Source of the DNA: Anolis carolinensis
Taxonomy: Eukaryota
Reading direction: 5' to 3'
NCBI RefSeq assembly: GCF_035594765.1
Contig: NW_026943820.1
Coordinates: forward strand, 17,616,647-17,680,646
DNA length: 64,000 bases
Each line of letters starts with the position of its first letter. The stretch's first letter is position 1. The translations under genes were made by a program, and so were the position numbers. Shown in pieces: positions 12,060-23,601 of the stretch. The notes under the pieces are model-generated. The model saw nothing but the letters and a program-made list of their open reading frames with translations, had not been told where the DNA came from and searched no databases.

Positions 12060-12267
12060 GTGTATTGGAGTCGCCATGGCAACAGGTGGGAGGGGGAAGG
12101 GGCTCCGGGAGAGAAAGCGGGAGGAGACTTTCACTCTCTGGTCACCTGATCCGGCCCCGCGGGCCACGTGATCCCGTGCCCATCGTCGCCATTTTGAAGC
12201 GGTGCCTCTGAAGAGAGGGAGGGGAAGGTGGAGGCGCGAATGCCACAGGGTCCCTCCTTCCGGGAAG
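12060..12267 (+). promoter_or_regulatory. ZNF507: ZNF507 CpG-rich promoter and non-coding first exon
   Basis: Local CpG/GC-rich island. Inverted CCAAT (ATTGG 12064-12068), RFX X-box GTCGCCATGGCAAC 12070-12083, E-box CACGTG 12165-12170, YY1 CGCCATTTTG 12187-12196, consensus donor AAG|GTAAGT at 12267/12268. TSS position is inferred. Confidence 0.75.
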
Positions 12268-12347
12268 GTAAGTGATGGAAGGCAGAGAGAGACTGAGAGA
12301 GAGGACCCGAAGCCTCTTCTTGAACGGCTCGTGAGCCCTATCCCAAG

Positions 12348-13340
12348 ATAGAACCTTATTGCTGGGAAAGACCCCCAAAGAGAGCCATCCAATCCAACCA
12401 TCAGGAAGAAACCAGTAAACCCTCCTGACAGATGGCCATCCAGTCCAACCCCATTCTGCCAGGCAGTAAGACACAAGCAAAGCCCTCCCGACAGATAGCC
12501 ATCCAACCCCTGCTTTATAATAATAATAATAATAATAATAATATAACCATAGAATCATAGACCTGGAAGGGACCCCAAGGGCCATCCAGTCCAACCCCAT
12601 TCTGCCAGGTAGGAAGACACCAGCAAAGCCCTCCCGAAAGATGACCATACAGTCAGCACTTAATAATAATAATAATACTGTAATAATAATAATAATAATA
12701 ATAATAGAACCATAGAATCATTGACCTGTAAGGGACCCCAAGGGCTATCCAGTCCAATTGTATTCTGCTAGGCAGGAAAACACAAACAAAGCCTTCCCAA
12801 CAGATGACCATCCAGTCCCTGCTTAATTATTATCATTATCATAGAATCATAGGCCAAGCGCCATCCAGTCCAACCTCATTCTGCCAGGCAGAACGATGAC
12901 CACCCAATCAGTGCCTAATAATAATAATATAACCATGGAATCATAGACCTGGAAGGGACCCCAAGACCCATCCAGTCCAACACCATTCTGCCGGGTAGGA
13001 AGACACCAGTAAAGCCCTCCCGACAGATGGCCACCCAGCCCCTGCTTAATAATAATAATAATAATAATAAACCATAGTATCATAGACCTGGCAGGGAACC
13101 AGAGAATCATAGAGCCAGAAGGGAACCCAACGCCCATTCAGTCCAGACAGGAAGGGAACCCAACGCCTATTCTACCAGACAGGAAGACAACGGCAAAGCT
13201 TTCTTGACAGATGGCCATCTACGCTACCTTTAAAACCCTCCAGAGATGGAAATTCTACTACATTCCCAGGCAGCATGTTTCCTTTTCAAACAATTCTAAC
13301 CTGAAATAAGTTCTTCCTAGTGTTTTTATGTGGAATCTCC
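12348..13340 (-). repeat. Tandem array of CR1 3'-end-derived units separated by (AAT)n
   Basis: Units start with ATAGAATCATAG-like sequence at about 12348, 12549, 12712, 12841, 12935, 13073 and 13102. Each is the reverse complement of a CR1 3' end. Confidence 0.8.
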
Positions 13341-13782
13341 CCCCCCCCCCCCCCCCGCTCTGTACAATTTGAATTCATGCCTCCTTTGTGTCTCCAGAGC
13401 AGAAGGAAAGCAGCTTGCTCCTTCCTCCTTGTCAATTGGATCTTTCAAATATTTAAAGTTGGTTCTCAGGTTCTGCTTCTCTGTGCCTTCTTTTCTCCCA
13501 GCTGAACATATTAGGAATAAAGCAGAAGGAAAAAGGAGGTTTCATTATAGATGCAGTTTGTCAGCACTTTACCATGGCTCAATGCTATGGAAACAGCACC
13601 CATTCTATAGTGTGGATGCATCCTATCTTTCCTTGTTCCCTCACTTATATATTTACAGACTTGATATATATTATCTATCATATCTACTGTTTTTAAAACT
13701 GTAATGTATTCAAAGGCCCAATTATTAGGAATACTTAATCAAATATTTGATCAAGTATTTAAGTGTAATTCATGTAGGTTGG

Positions 13783-13931
13783 GGGCCCTTCCACACAGCT
13801 CTATATCCCAGCACATCAAGGCAGAAAATCCCACATTATCTGAGTGTGGACTCAGATAACCCAGTTCAAAGCAGATATCGTGAGATTTCCTGCCTTTATA
13901 TTCTGGGATATAGGGCTGTGTGGAAGGGCCC
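13783..13931. mobile_element. PIF/Harbinger-like palindromic MITE. Related copies at 16338-16491, ~21630-21745, 33007-33177, 33663-33810, 33853-34004, 37723-37870
   Basis: TIR GGGCCCTTCCACACAGC...GCTGTGTGGAAGGGCCC with long internal self-complementarity. Confidence 0.75.
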
Positions 13932-14171
13932 TGGGAGAGCTCTTTCGTTGCAGGACATTTACTAATTAAACCACCAAGTGATGTATAAATGCAATACAAA
14001 GTTGAACCAGGTGTGCTTAAATTGTGCTGCTGTTTCAGAGTTACAGGTACACACACTGAGGGGTCAGTTTTAGCCAATTAAACCCTCAGGTTTTTCTTCT
14101 GAATGCTTGATGCTACATGTAGTCACATAAGTGTTTATACATACATATTTATTTTAAAATTTTCAGATATT

Positions 14172-16265
14172 ATGGAAGCGAGCAAAAATATTACAGCACT
14201 CATCTCAAATATCGGCGAACAAGAAGCAGTACTGATCTCTGAAGCAGCCTTAAGCCCAAGCTCAGAAAGTGGCGAAGATCAGAAGTGTAACCCTGATCCA
14301 CTCATTCAGGTCATTCAAAAGCTAAGCAAGATTGTTGAGAGTGAAAAAACTCAGAAATGCCTTTTGGTAGGAAAAAAACGCTTGCATCCCGACACTTCAC
14401 TGCTGTCACTTGAACCACAGAACCTCCTAGAGATTCCTCCCAAAACCATTGAACTGCCTGCTTTGGGCACCATTAATATAGAGGATTATTATGTAACAGA
14501 CAGTCCTCCACTAAGCAAAAGGAAAGTGATTTGTTACCAGTGCAGCCTCTGTAAATCTTTGTCTCCCACTCTTCCCTTATTAAAAGAACACATCAAACAA
14601 CATGGCCAGCAGAACGAAGTAATACTTATGTGTTCCATGTGCAGTTTTGCCACTAGAAGTCTTGAAGAGTTTGAGGCTCACGTCAAGCATCACCCGGAGA
14701 ATGGTGACAAAACCCATACACTGTCAAAGGAACAACAGTGTTTAGGTCTTTCAAGCACTACTTTGCAGGGACCGGTAGAAAGTCTTGTCAAAGTAGGAAC
14801 TGATGCGGTGGCACAGCTTCAGCCTCACGTTACTGCGAAGGAGCGGCGAAAATGGTATACTTATGAACAATACGGCATGTACCGCTGCTTGATTTGTAGT
14901 TACACTTGTGGCCAGCAAAGAATGTTGAAAACGCATGCTTGGAAACATGCAGGTGAAGTGGATTGCTCTTATCCCATATTTGAGGAAGAAAATGAACAAG
15001 CTTCGTTGCCAGATCCCACTGCTTTAGGCGTTCCTCACAGCATGGATACGGTTGTCCTTTCGTTGGAAAATAACGAACTGGGTCTCTGTGACGACCAGGC
15101 TGTTCAGCTCCACATTTGCAGTCCTGAGCAAATGACTTACAAACCTTTGCCATCAGAAGAACCTATGAAAGAAGAGGCAGTCCTAAGTCAATCAACTGCA
15201 CTTTCACCCACAGGAAAACTGTTGGAGGAAACCATATCTGACGCAGATTTCGAACAAGATAGTGTGGCAAGTGACAGCTTACTTTCCTCAGCCCAGAAAA
15301 TCATTAACTGCAGTCCAAATAAAAAGGGCCACGTTAATGTCATAGTGGAACGTTTGCCAAGTGCCGAGGAACCTGTCTTGCAGAAGCCTTATTCGATGGA
15401 GGCTGAAATGGAGGCTGAAAAAAAAGTAATTTCTGAGCATATCAGCATTTCTCGAGATGGACCAGGGGACATTTATCACATGGATAAAAACTCTGTTGAA
15501 CTTGAAGAGGTTATAATTGGATGGAGCAGCACAGAAAAGAGAGAGGGGGACATAAATCCTGCCAGAGCCAAAGAAGCAGATGAAAATGCCCCTCCTGCAA
15601 GGAGAAGAACAAATTCAGAGTCCTTGAGGCTGCATTCGCTTGCTGCTGAAGCCCTTGTGACGATGCCAATCCGAGCTGCAGAGCTTGCTCGATCCAGCCT
15701 CCGGGCCGTTGCCGAAGTAAATGCCTTTGGTTCAGAGTCTGGGCAAAGGCAAACTGAAGTGCATTCTAAACTGGCAACATCTCTTGAAACTGACGAACTG
15801 ACTAACCTAAACCAAACTGAGTGTACTATCATGGAAATTCAGAAGGACAAACCAGAGTTAACCGAAGGTCCCATGAAAATGGGCATCAGCATGTCACTGC
15901 TCACTGTCATTGAAAAACTGAAAGAAAGGACCGACCAGAATGCCTCTGACGATGACATTCTGAAGGAGTTGCAAGACAACGTTCAGTGCCAACCGGCCAA
16001 TGATGCCAGTGTCCTGGGGAGCAGCTTGGTGGAATATCTCCCCAATGATGACCGTCCTTTCCGGTGCCGCTTGTGTCACTACAGCAGTGGCAACAAGGGG
16101 TACATTAAGCAGCACCTGCGGGTTCACCGCCAGAGGCAGCCCTACCAGTGTCCCATCTGTGAGCACATCGCTGACAACAGCAAGGATTTGGAAAGCCATA
16201 TGATCAACCACTGCAAAACACGGATGTACCAGTGCAAACAGTGTGAGGAATCCTTTCATTACAAG
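14172..16265 (+). CDS. ZNF507: Zinc finger protein 507, first (large) coding exon
   Basis: Acceptor tttcag|14167, ATG 14172 (MEASKNITALISNIGEQEAV...PDPLIQVIQKLSKIVE). C2H2 fingers include YRCLICSYTCGQQRMLKTHAWKH and FRCRLCHYSSGNKGYIKQHLRVH. Matches recalled human ZNF507. Donor AAG|gtaaat, phase 0. Confidence 0.97.
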
Positions 16266-16632
16266 GTAAATAATGTTCATTGCTTGGCATTTTCTGACAG
16301 CATGGTCAGAATGAAAATCCTTATGGCAGGATACTAAGGGCCCTTCCAGACATGCCCTATATCCCAGGATCAGATCCCAGGTTTTCTGTTTATCCCAGAT
16401 TATCTGGCAGTGGGGACTCGATTATATAATCAAGTTTAAAGTAGAAATTCTGGGATCAGATCCTGGGATATAGGGCTTGTCTGGAAGGTCCTACGTGAAC
16501 AAGATGTGTGAAAGCCTTTCTTACTTGCATTCAAAATAAAAACAGGAGTGTAGCAAAGATTTCACTGGCTCTTAGAAAACAGAAAACCAAGTAGGAAATG
16601 ACATTTCTAACCCAGGAACAAAAATTGTATTA

Positions 16633-16922
16633 CAGTAGAGTCTCCCTTATCCAACATAAACGGGCCGGCAGAACATTGGATAATAAGGAGGGATTAAGGA
16701 AAAGCCTATTAAACATCAAATTAGGTTATGATTTTACAAATTAAGCACCAAAACATCATGTTTAACAACAAATTTGACAGAAAAAGTAGTTCAATACGCA
16801 GTAATGCTACGTAATAATTATTGTATTTATGAATTTAGTACCAAAATATCACAATGACTCTGACTACTAAAAGGCAGACTGCATTGGATAATCCAGAATG
16901 TTGGATAAGTGAGACTCTACTG
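16633..16922. mobile_element. Tigger-like MITE A inserted into the TA within the TIR of a Chapaev3-like MITE remnant
   Basis: aaaattgtatTA[CAGTAGAG...CTCTACTG]TAcatagtg. Confidence 0.85.
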
Positions 16923-17359
16923 TACATAGTGATATGTACTAATTGTCTCCCTAGTAGATTGTTATACACTGTGATGCAGGGTGAGTCCTTTCTGCAGGTC
17001 TTGAGGGTAGAAACTTACAACTCTTTAATGTTTTATTATATCACATAATTGTTAACATTACTGTTACATTTCTTTGATTCTCTAAAGTTTACACAGTTGC
17101 AAGGAAAGCAAATGTGGCCCAGACATGGAAGCAAGTTTGCTTATCCCCACTTAATTTGAAAATTGGCTTTCTTTCTCCATTTCCATCTAGATGCTTAATG
17201 CCCTGCATAACTCGAACTTTCTTTACAATTTTAATTATAACTTCCTGTCATTTTCATAAGTATAAAAGACAGTGGACAGGAAAGCAGGTGTTGAATATCA
17301 GGAATAGACAGTGTAATATTTACACAGTTTTAAAAATTGTGTGACTTTTTGTGTTCCAG

Positions 17360-17465
17360 AGTCAGCTGCGAAACCATGAAAGAGACCAACACAGCCTTCA
17401 AGAGATGTACTCAGCAGCTTCAACTGATAGTCTAATAACTTGCAGTGAAGTGGATGAAAGAGTTG
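17360..17465 (+). CDS. ZNF507: ZNF507 coding exon 2 (SQLRNHERDQHSLQ...DERV)
   Basis: ttccag| acceptor, G|gtactg donor, 106 nt. Completes the finger begun in the previous exon. Confidence 0.92.
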
Positions 17466-19280
17466 GTACTGTATTCCGTTTTGATTTGCTTGTTCCTAAT
17501 ACCTAAGCAAGAATGTAACCATTGCTAGCAATATACACAGCTGGAAATGCTCCTGTTTAAAAGTAACTTATTTCAGTTAATTGTTACATCGGGGAGGTGC
17601 AAAAGTAATCAGTTATGTTACTCATTATTCTTTGTTCAGAAATATGATATTTTGTTATTCATTGCTGCTATCCTGGTTTCCCAGACTATGGAATGTTTTT
17701 TCATGGCAAGTCTCTGTTTACCAACAACCAAAGACTTTACTTGTTACATCAAATATATAATTGATGGTGGCCACTGTGTTACTTTTAGTGTGTTACATGC
17801 ACAATTTGGCAACATTGTTGTATAGATATTCTATACACAGCTGAGACAGCATGGCAGATAAGCTTTTAAATGTTACAATTATTCCCTGGAAAATAACAAG
17901 AGGGGAAGACTTTAATAATATTATTCACTTGGAAAGTGTCTGGTTTTTTAATAGGTGGAGATCATCTGGTTCTTGAGGGAAGCCCTATGTAGGCCGTGGG
18001 GGCACCATTGACCCCCCATTTTTGGTCAAACCTTTTCTTTTGAAAATCCCCGCAACCGCACTTAAAACAGTTGAAATATTGTTGGAAGGGGTACCCCCAC
18101 CCCAGGAGAACAAGGAAATTGTGTTAGTAAAGACACTAAAGAGACTCCGGTGATGTTACTATTTGGCCAAAATAACAGCTGTGATGTTCTGCCATACATA
18201 ACCTCTGATGAGGACCTCCAAATTCCTCAATGTGCCCTGGTTCAAATAGAGCAGAAGCAGGATTTCATACTTTCTCTGGTAAAAGATGAAAGATTTATAC
18301 GACCTGAAGAGAAACCTATGAACTATTTCAGGAGTTTTGGGATGGTGATTGGAGTCTATTTGTCACTGTATCTTTGTTTTTTATTGTTGATATGGCCAGT
18401 GGACGAATCAATAAATAGATCTATCTTATACTTTCTTTGCTACTGTCTACAGCTCCTTAGATAAACTAGTTGGTTCTAGTTGTCTTTAGAAGATTCTGGA
18501 ATCAAGAGATGACATTATTCACATTATTCAATGTGATGCTTCCCTTCTTTCCTCCACCCTCAACACCCTCAATACACAAGCCTTGCGTTGATTCTTAATG
18601 TGCTTCTTTTCCATTTCAAAATCTCGAGTTGGAAGTATGACTTGGCTGAAAATGTTCTCCTTTTTAAAAGCATTCATTAAATGAGAATTTAAGCTTTGTA
18701 AAGTATTGTGGAAACTCATTTCAGTCAAATGATGGCACAGTTGCAGGAGGAAGGAGGCCCTCTTGACAGACAGATGTCACCTCTATAAAAACAGCCCGAA
18801 TGCGATAAGTTTATGGCATAGCATCTGTTTATGTGCAAGAACATTCATTTTGTGTTTACGAAATCATCAGCGCTTCCCTTTATCATGGCTGCACTATGGC
18901 GTTGAAGGGATCTTGTAGCATATGATTGGATTGTAAATGCCTGATAATGTAGGCTTGTTGCAATAATGTACATTATAGAAACACCTGCTTTTGTTGCTAG
19001 ATTGAAACTGGTCACTTCATCATACACTATTACATATCTTCATGGCTTCCCCCTTCCTTCATACATATATACCAGGGATCAGCTCAGTTTCCAGAATCTG
19101 AATAAAAGAGTTCTGACTATTGCAAAATGAAAAGTCTAAGCTAGTGACATAATTATGGGTAAAATATGATGGAAACTAGGGGTTGTGTTTGGATGTTTAT
19201 CACCAGGCAGTATGCTTTTATTTGCCTGTGGGCACTATTTCCTTCCTTGCCATATAATCCAATTAAGGAAAGTCTTAATT

Positions 19281-19529
19281 GGGTTGCTTTTTGTTTTCCA
19301 GGCTATATGGCCATGTTCCAGAAGCATTCTCTCCTGACGTTTCACCCACACCTATGGCAGGCATCCTCAGAGATTGTGAAGTATGCCTTTCATACCTCAC
19401 AACCTCTGAGGATGTCTTCCCTAGATGTGGGTGAAACATCAGGAGAGAATGCTTCTGGAATATGGCCATACAGCCCGGAAAGCTCACAGCAACCCAGTGA
19501 TTCCAGCCTTGAAAGCCTTCAACAACACA
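19281..19529. mobile_element. Palindromic Penelope terminal repeat; minus-strand hammerhead intact, plus-strand copy mutated
   Basis: Inverted arms around 19380. The plus copy has GAAACATC instead of GAAACGTC. Confidence 0.85.
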
Positions 19530-20381
19530 AAATCTTAACTGTTTGCAGAACTAGTCCAAAACAACTTGAGTGTTCTAAGCTTCAGCCTTAAAGATATAAT
19601 GGTATAGCAGATTCCTCAGTGTTAGTTTTGGAAGGTTACAACCTAACAAGGGTAAACTAGAACATTCTTCACTACAATATTTCTGGATTAAACCCACTTC
19701 ATAAATTTGTTTTGCATATTCTGTATAATTCTAGTCACCACCTGTCCAAAAGGGTATAGTATAGTCAGCCCAAATAATGAAGAAACTTAAGTAATGCCCT
19801 GATAAGAAAAAAAAAGCCTTTGTAACTTTAAAAAAATGAAATAAGATGAAATGTGATAGAGATACATATCATTCTCCATGGTGAAGAGAAAGTGGGTAAG
19901 AAGTCCTTTTAGTCTTCTCTCATAATAATCGTACCCATAGTTATCTAAGATAGATAACCATTCTCCACTATTCAGGATAGATAAAATGAAATGTTTTTCT
20001 TTACCTGGAATTTGCTGTGATGAGTGCCTATGGGCATTTTAAAAGGATTTGAAAGGTACTAGACAACTTCATAAACAACTAGGTCATGAATAGGTGATAC
20101 TTCTGACAGATATATTTTACTTCCAGTCTTAGAGACATTATTCCTTTGAATATCACTTTTGGGGGAACATGAGTAGAAAAGATGTTCTTGCCCCTTTTCT
20201 GCCTGCAGAGTTCACATAGGTCTCTGTTGTTGCTTCCGAAGGTATAATTCTCCTCTGTATTAAAAAGGAGGGCAATGAAGATGACTTCATGGGCTGCCAA
20301 ATTGGCCTTAGGGCTTCATGACATCCCTGAAGTGCTTGTCACTTTGTGGAGAGAAAAAGCGGGGTACGAATAAACATAAAC

Positions 20382-20382
<1 letters not shown>

Positions 20383-20436
<54 letters not shown>
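20383..20436. repeat. (AAT)n microsatellite
   Basis: Seen directly. It is the tail of an L2-type end at ~20320-20380. Confidence 0.95.
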
Positions 20437-20437
<1 letters not shown>

Positions 20438-20469
20438 GACAACAACAGTAATGGTGATGGCTGGTCTAA

Positions 20470-20616
<147 letters not shown>

Positions 20617-21322
20617 TAGGTATCTCACTATTTTCTTTTCCTAGAACTTAAGAAACCTTTTCTTCTGGTTACCCATTCTAAATATAGAATATGGTAGGCA
20701 ACTTGAAACAACCTATTTCCGAAACGGTGTGTCACTTTTCACTGACAGCATATTTAGCATCCACCAACATTTCGCTCAATCTTGTAAAAGCATCTGCTTG
20801 TCTTCCACAATGTTCTTTCTAAATAGGCAAAAGGGATAGCAACAGAGGGGAAGTTATCAAAACAAGCTATACGTTTGATAGAGTCTCTCTTCTCTTCTTT
20901 TCTTTTTAAATTAAGCCAAACAGTCTAGAAAGTCTAATTTCACTGATGGATTTGAAACAATGAGGTAGTGAAGCCTTGATCTTTAGACATTGATGAACTA
21001 TTATTCCCATCATACCTGTTTGGTGAGTGTGATAGAAATAGGAGTTCAACATCATCCAAAGGGCACAGGCTTATGCCATATGGATGGGACTATACATCTT
21101 TGTTTAACCAGAGCTTGGGAAACCTATGGCTATTGGCATTTTATATAGCAGCCAGTTTTAATAACTGTTGACAATGGCACTGGTAGGATTTCAGAATGAG
21201 CTGCAGGTCACCCAAATTGCTTACGTTCTTTCCATGTTTCTGTCACACCCTTTAGTTCTCTTAGAGTTGTTTTTGCAACTTGCTAAGTTCATCAACAATC
21301 ACCACTTCTTTCTTCCCTTCAG

Positions 21323-21427
21323 ATGTCGAGTGTGCGACTTTGCAACAACTAATATGAATAGCCTGAAATGCCATATGAGGCGCCATCCACAGGAGCACCA
21401 GGCCGTTCAGCTGATGGAGCAATTCAA
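21323..21427 (+). CDS. ZNF507: ZNF507 symmetric 105-nt exon encoding an additional C2H2 finger (CRVCDFATTNMNSLKCHMRRH)
   Basis: Strong polypyrimidine tract plus ag, AA|gtaggt donor, phase 2/2, intact C-x2-C-x12-H-x3-H. Confidence 0.88.
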
Positions 21428-22617
21428 GTAGGTAACTTGGGAGCCTGCAAAGGAAGCAGCAATTTGTTACACATAAAGAGTTGTGGGTTGAGAAAGATTC
21501 TTGGGTTGTCTTTGTAGATCTGCTCATCTATTACTTCCTTAAGGAACTATATACATCTTCTCATTAGTTTTACATTTTCCAGGTAAGGGAGCATCTTTTT
21601 TCTTTGTACAGTGCTGCCTTGACACATTAAGGCTAGATCTACTACCCTAGATCCCAGGATCTGATCTCAGATTATCTGGCAGTGTGGACCCATATAATCC
21701 AGTTCAAAGCAGATAATCTGGGATCAAATCCTGGGATCCAGCCTAAAATGTATAGACATCATGCAATCTTAGACTTTTCAAATGGGACAAGCTGATTCAT
21801 TCTTACATTGTTTTTAAAGACATTTCTGGTATCAGGATCCCTATTAAATCACTTTCTCTTATGCTCTTTATTTAAGACTATTCCTTTTGGATCCTAGGCT
21901 CTCCTGTAATTCTGGTTAGTAGTAATCCAGCAAAAGGCATTTTATGATGAATAGAATATGCTTTTATTTAGTGTAATACTGAATGTTATATTTACTATGG
22001 CACTAAATCCAACTCTTTCAAGCACATAGGCACTTGTTACAGTTTTCATTTGTCTTTAACATAAAACTTAGGGAACTGTTTTAATTATACTATGTAACAC
22101 AGTTTTGTTCCTGGGTTATAAATATCATTTCCTAACTGGCTCTATCATGAAAACATGGAAAAAGTTTATTAAACTGCAAAAAACTTTGTTTTGGCAAAAG
22201 GGGCATTCTGCAGCACATTTTGCTCTAGCTTTTCAATGAATATCTCATAGAGTCTCAACCAATTCAACCTACAAAAATTCAACCCACAAAAATGAAAGTA
22301 AGGACTGCACAATTAAACAAGAAATACCACTTTCAAACCAGGAACAGATTTTTTTTTAAAAAAATTGTTACATAGTGTATAACATTCTTCCCCTCTCCCC
22401 CCCCCCTCTCTCTCTAGCTCTTTGGAATCTCTATGTACCATCAGCACTTTAATTCTATCTGATTCTTTCCATGCCATTATTACAGCACCTCTCACTGTAA
22501 CTTTCTCAGCTATTTGCCATCCATATTAAAAATATATAACTACCATAACTAAAATCCAAAGGCATTGTGGTACTAGTCAGTATGCAAAGGGATCTTGTAG
22601 CACTTTAAAGATTACCC

Positions 22618-23011
22618 AGTGACTGGAAAGGTGAAAAAACATTAAGTATTAAAAATTGGAAGGATAAATTGAGGGACTAGGCACAGATGGCCAAGATTTC
22701 TAGCAATCTGAAACAGGAAAGTCATGAAGTTTTTGAAAGAAATTGGAAGCTGGCTTTAGCATATCTGATGGGGGAATCCAAGAAATAAAAACAAGGTGAA
22801 TTTATTGATCCAGAAGCACAGAGGGTTAAACAAAACTATGCATAAACTCTACGTTGTTCAGTGTCAGGAGTCAAGGTGGTGGGGTGCATTGGGGGTGGGT
22901 TGAGGGGTAATTGTATTGTAGGTAGCGGGTTGTCTGTGTATGTGTATATGTTTGCAATGTGTGTTGTGGGTGTTTTACAGTTTTAAAATAAAATTCCATT
23001 AAACTTTTTTA
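22618..23011 (+). mobile_element. 5'-truncated L1-clade insertion with 11-bp TSD
   Basis: TSD AAAGATTACCC at 22607-22617 and 23012-23022, at a TT|AAAG site. ORF2 C-terminal remnant WKGEKTLSIKNWKDKL...MAKIS...FERNWK, GT-rich UTR and AATAAA. Confidence 0.75.
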
Positions 23012-23111
23012 AAAGATTACCCGAGAAAACATTAGCTTTCATACACAAAGACTGCTAGTAAACAAAATCCCTTTGCATGCATAACTAAAAGTTGTGTAAA
23101 TTTAGTTGAGA

Positions 23112-23601
23112 CTAGCTGTGCCCGGCCACACGTTGCTGTGGCGAAGTATGGTGGTATGGGAAATAAAGTATTGAGGAATTGGTGGTAGTTAAGGTAAAGG
23201 GTAAAGGTTTTGCCTTACATTAAGTCCATTATAAATGGGTTATATAGCTGTGGGGAAGGGCCTTGAGTCTACACTGCCATATAATACAGTTAAAATCTGA
23301 TAATCTGTATTTTATAGGCAGTGTGGAAGAGGCCTAAGTGAGGCCTAACTGTGCCTGTCCCCTGGGCTGAGTGGGTTGCTAGGAGACCAAGTGGGCGGAG
23401 CTTAGCCTTCTAACTGGCAGCAATTGGATAAAAACAATTATTCCTCTCCCTCTAATTAGGACTTTATTTTTCTTTTCTTTTTGTTGTATGAACGTAGAGG
23501 CACGGATGAGGGGTTGTGCTGCCAAGTTTAGTGTTTCTGGGATGTGTAGTTTTGTTGTTTTGTCCTAGGCCGAAATTTCATTACCCTTTTATATATATAG
23601 A
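23112..23601 (-). mobile_element. Non-autonomous Helitron
   Basis: Minus strand reads A|TCTATATATAT ... GCCACAGCAACGTGTGGC hairpin ... CTAG|T, with no TSD. Confidence 0.88.

Noticed and set aside
11706-12648. Long minus-strand ORFs (266 aa, 168 aa) and the plus-strand 179 aa ORF across the ZNF507 promoter
   Set aside because: They are stitched from Penelope, hAT, GC-rich promoter and CR1-array sequence, with no domain or splice structure.
12348-13340. CRISPR-like repeat/spacer appearance
   Set aside because: Eukaryotic DNA. Units are long, degenerate and CR1-derived, the spacers are AAT microsatellites, and there are no cas genes.
14103-14171. Upstream ATG extending the ZNF507 ORF, and read-through past 16265
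   Set aside because: Both lie in introns: acceptor at 14166, donor at 16266. Similarity to the recalled protein starts at ATG 14172.
14751-16280. Several antisense ORFs over the large ZNF507 exon
   Set aside because: Shadow frames of a real coding exon.
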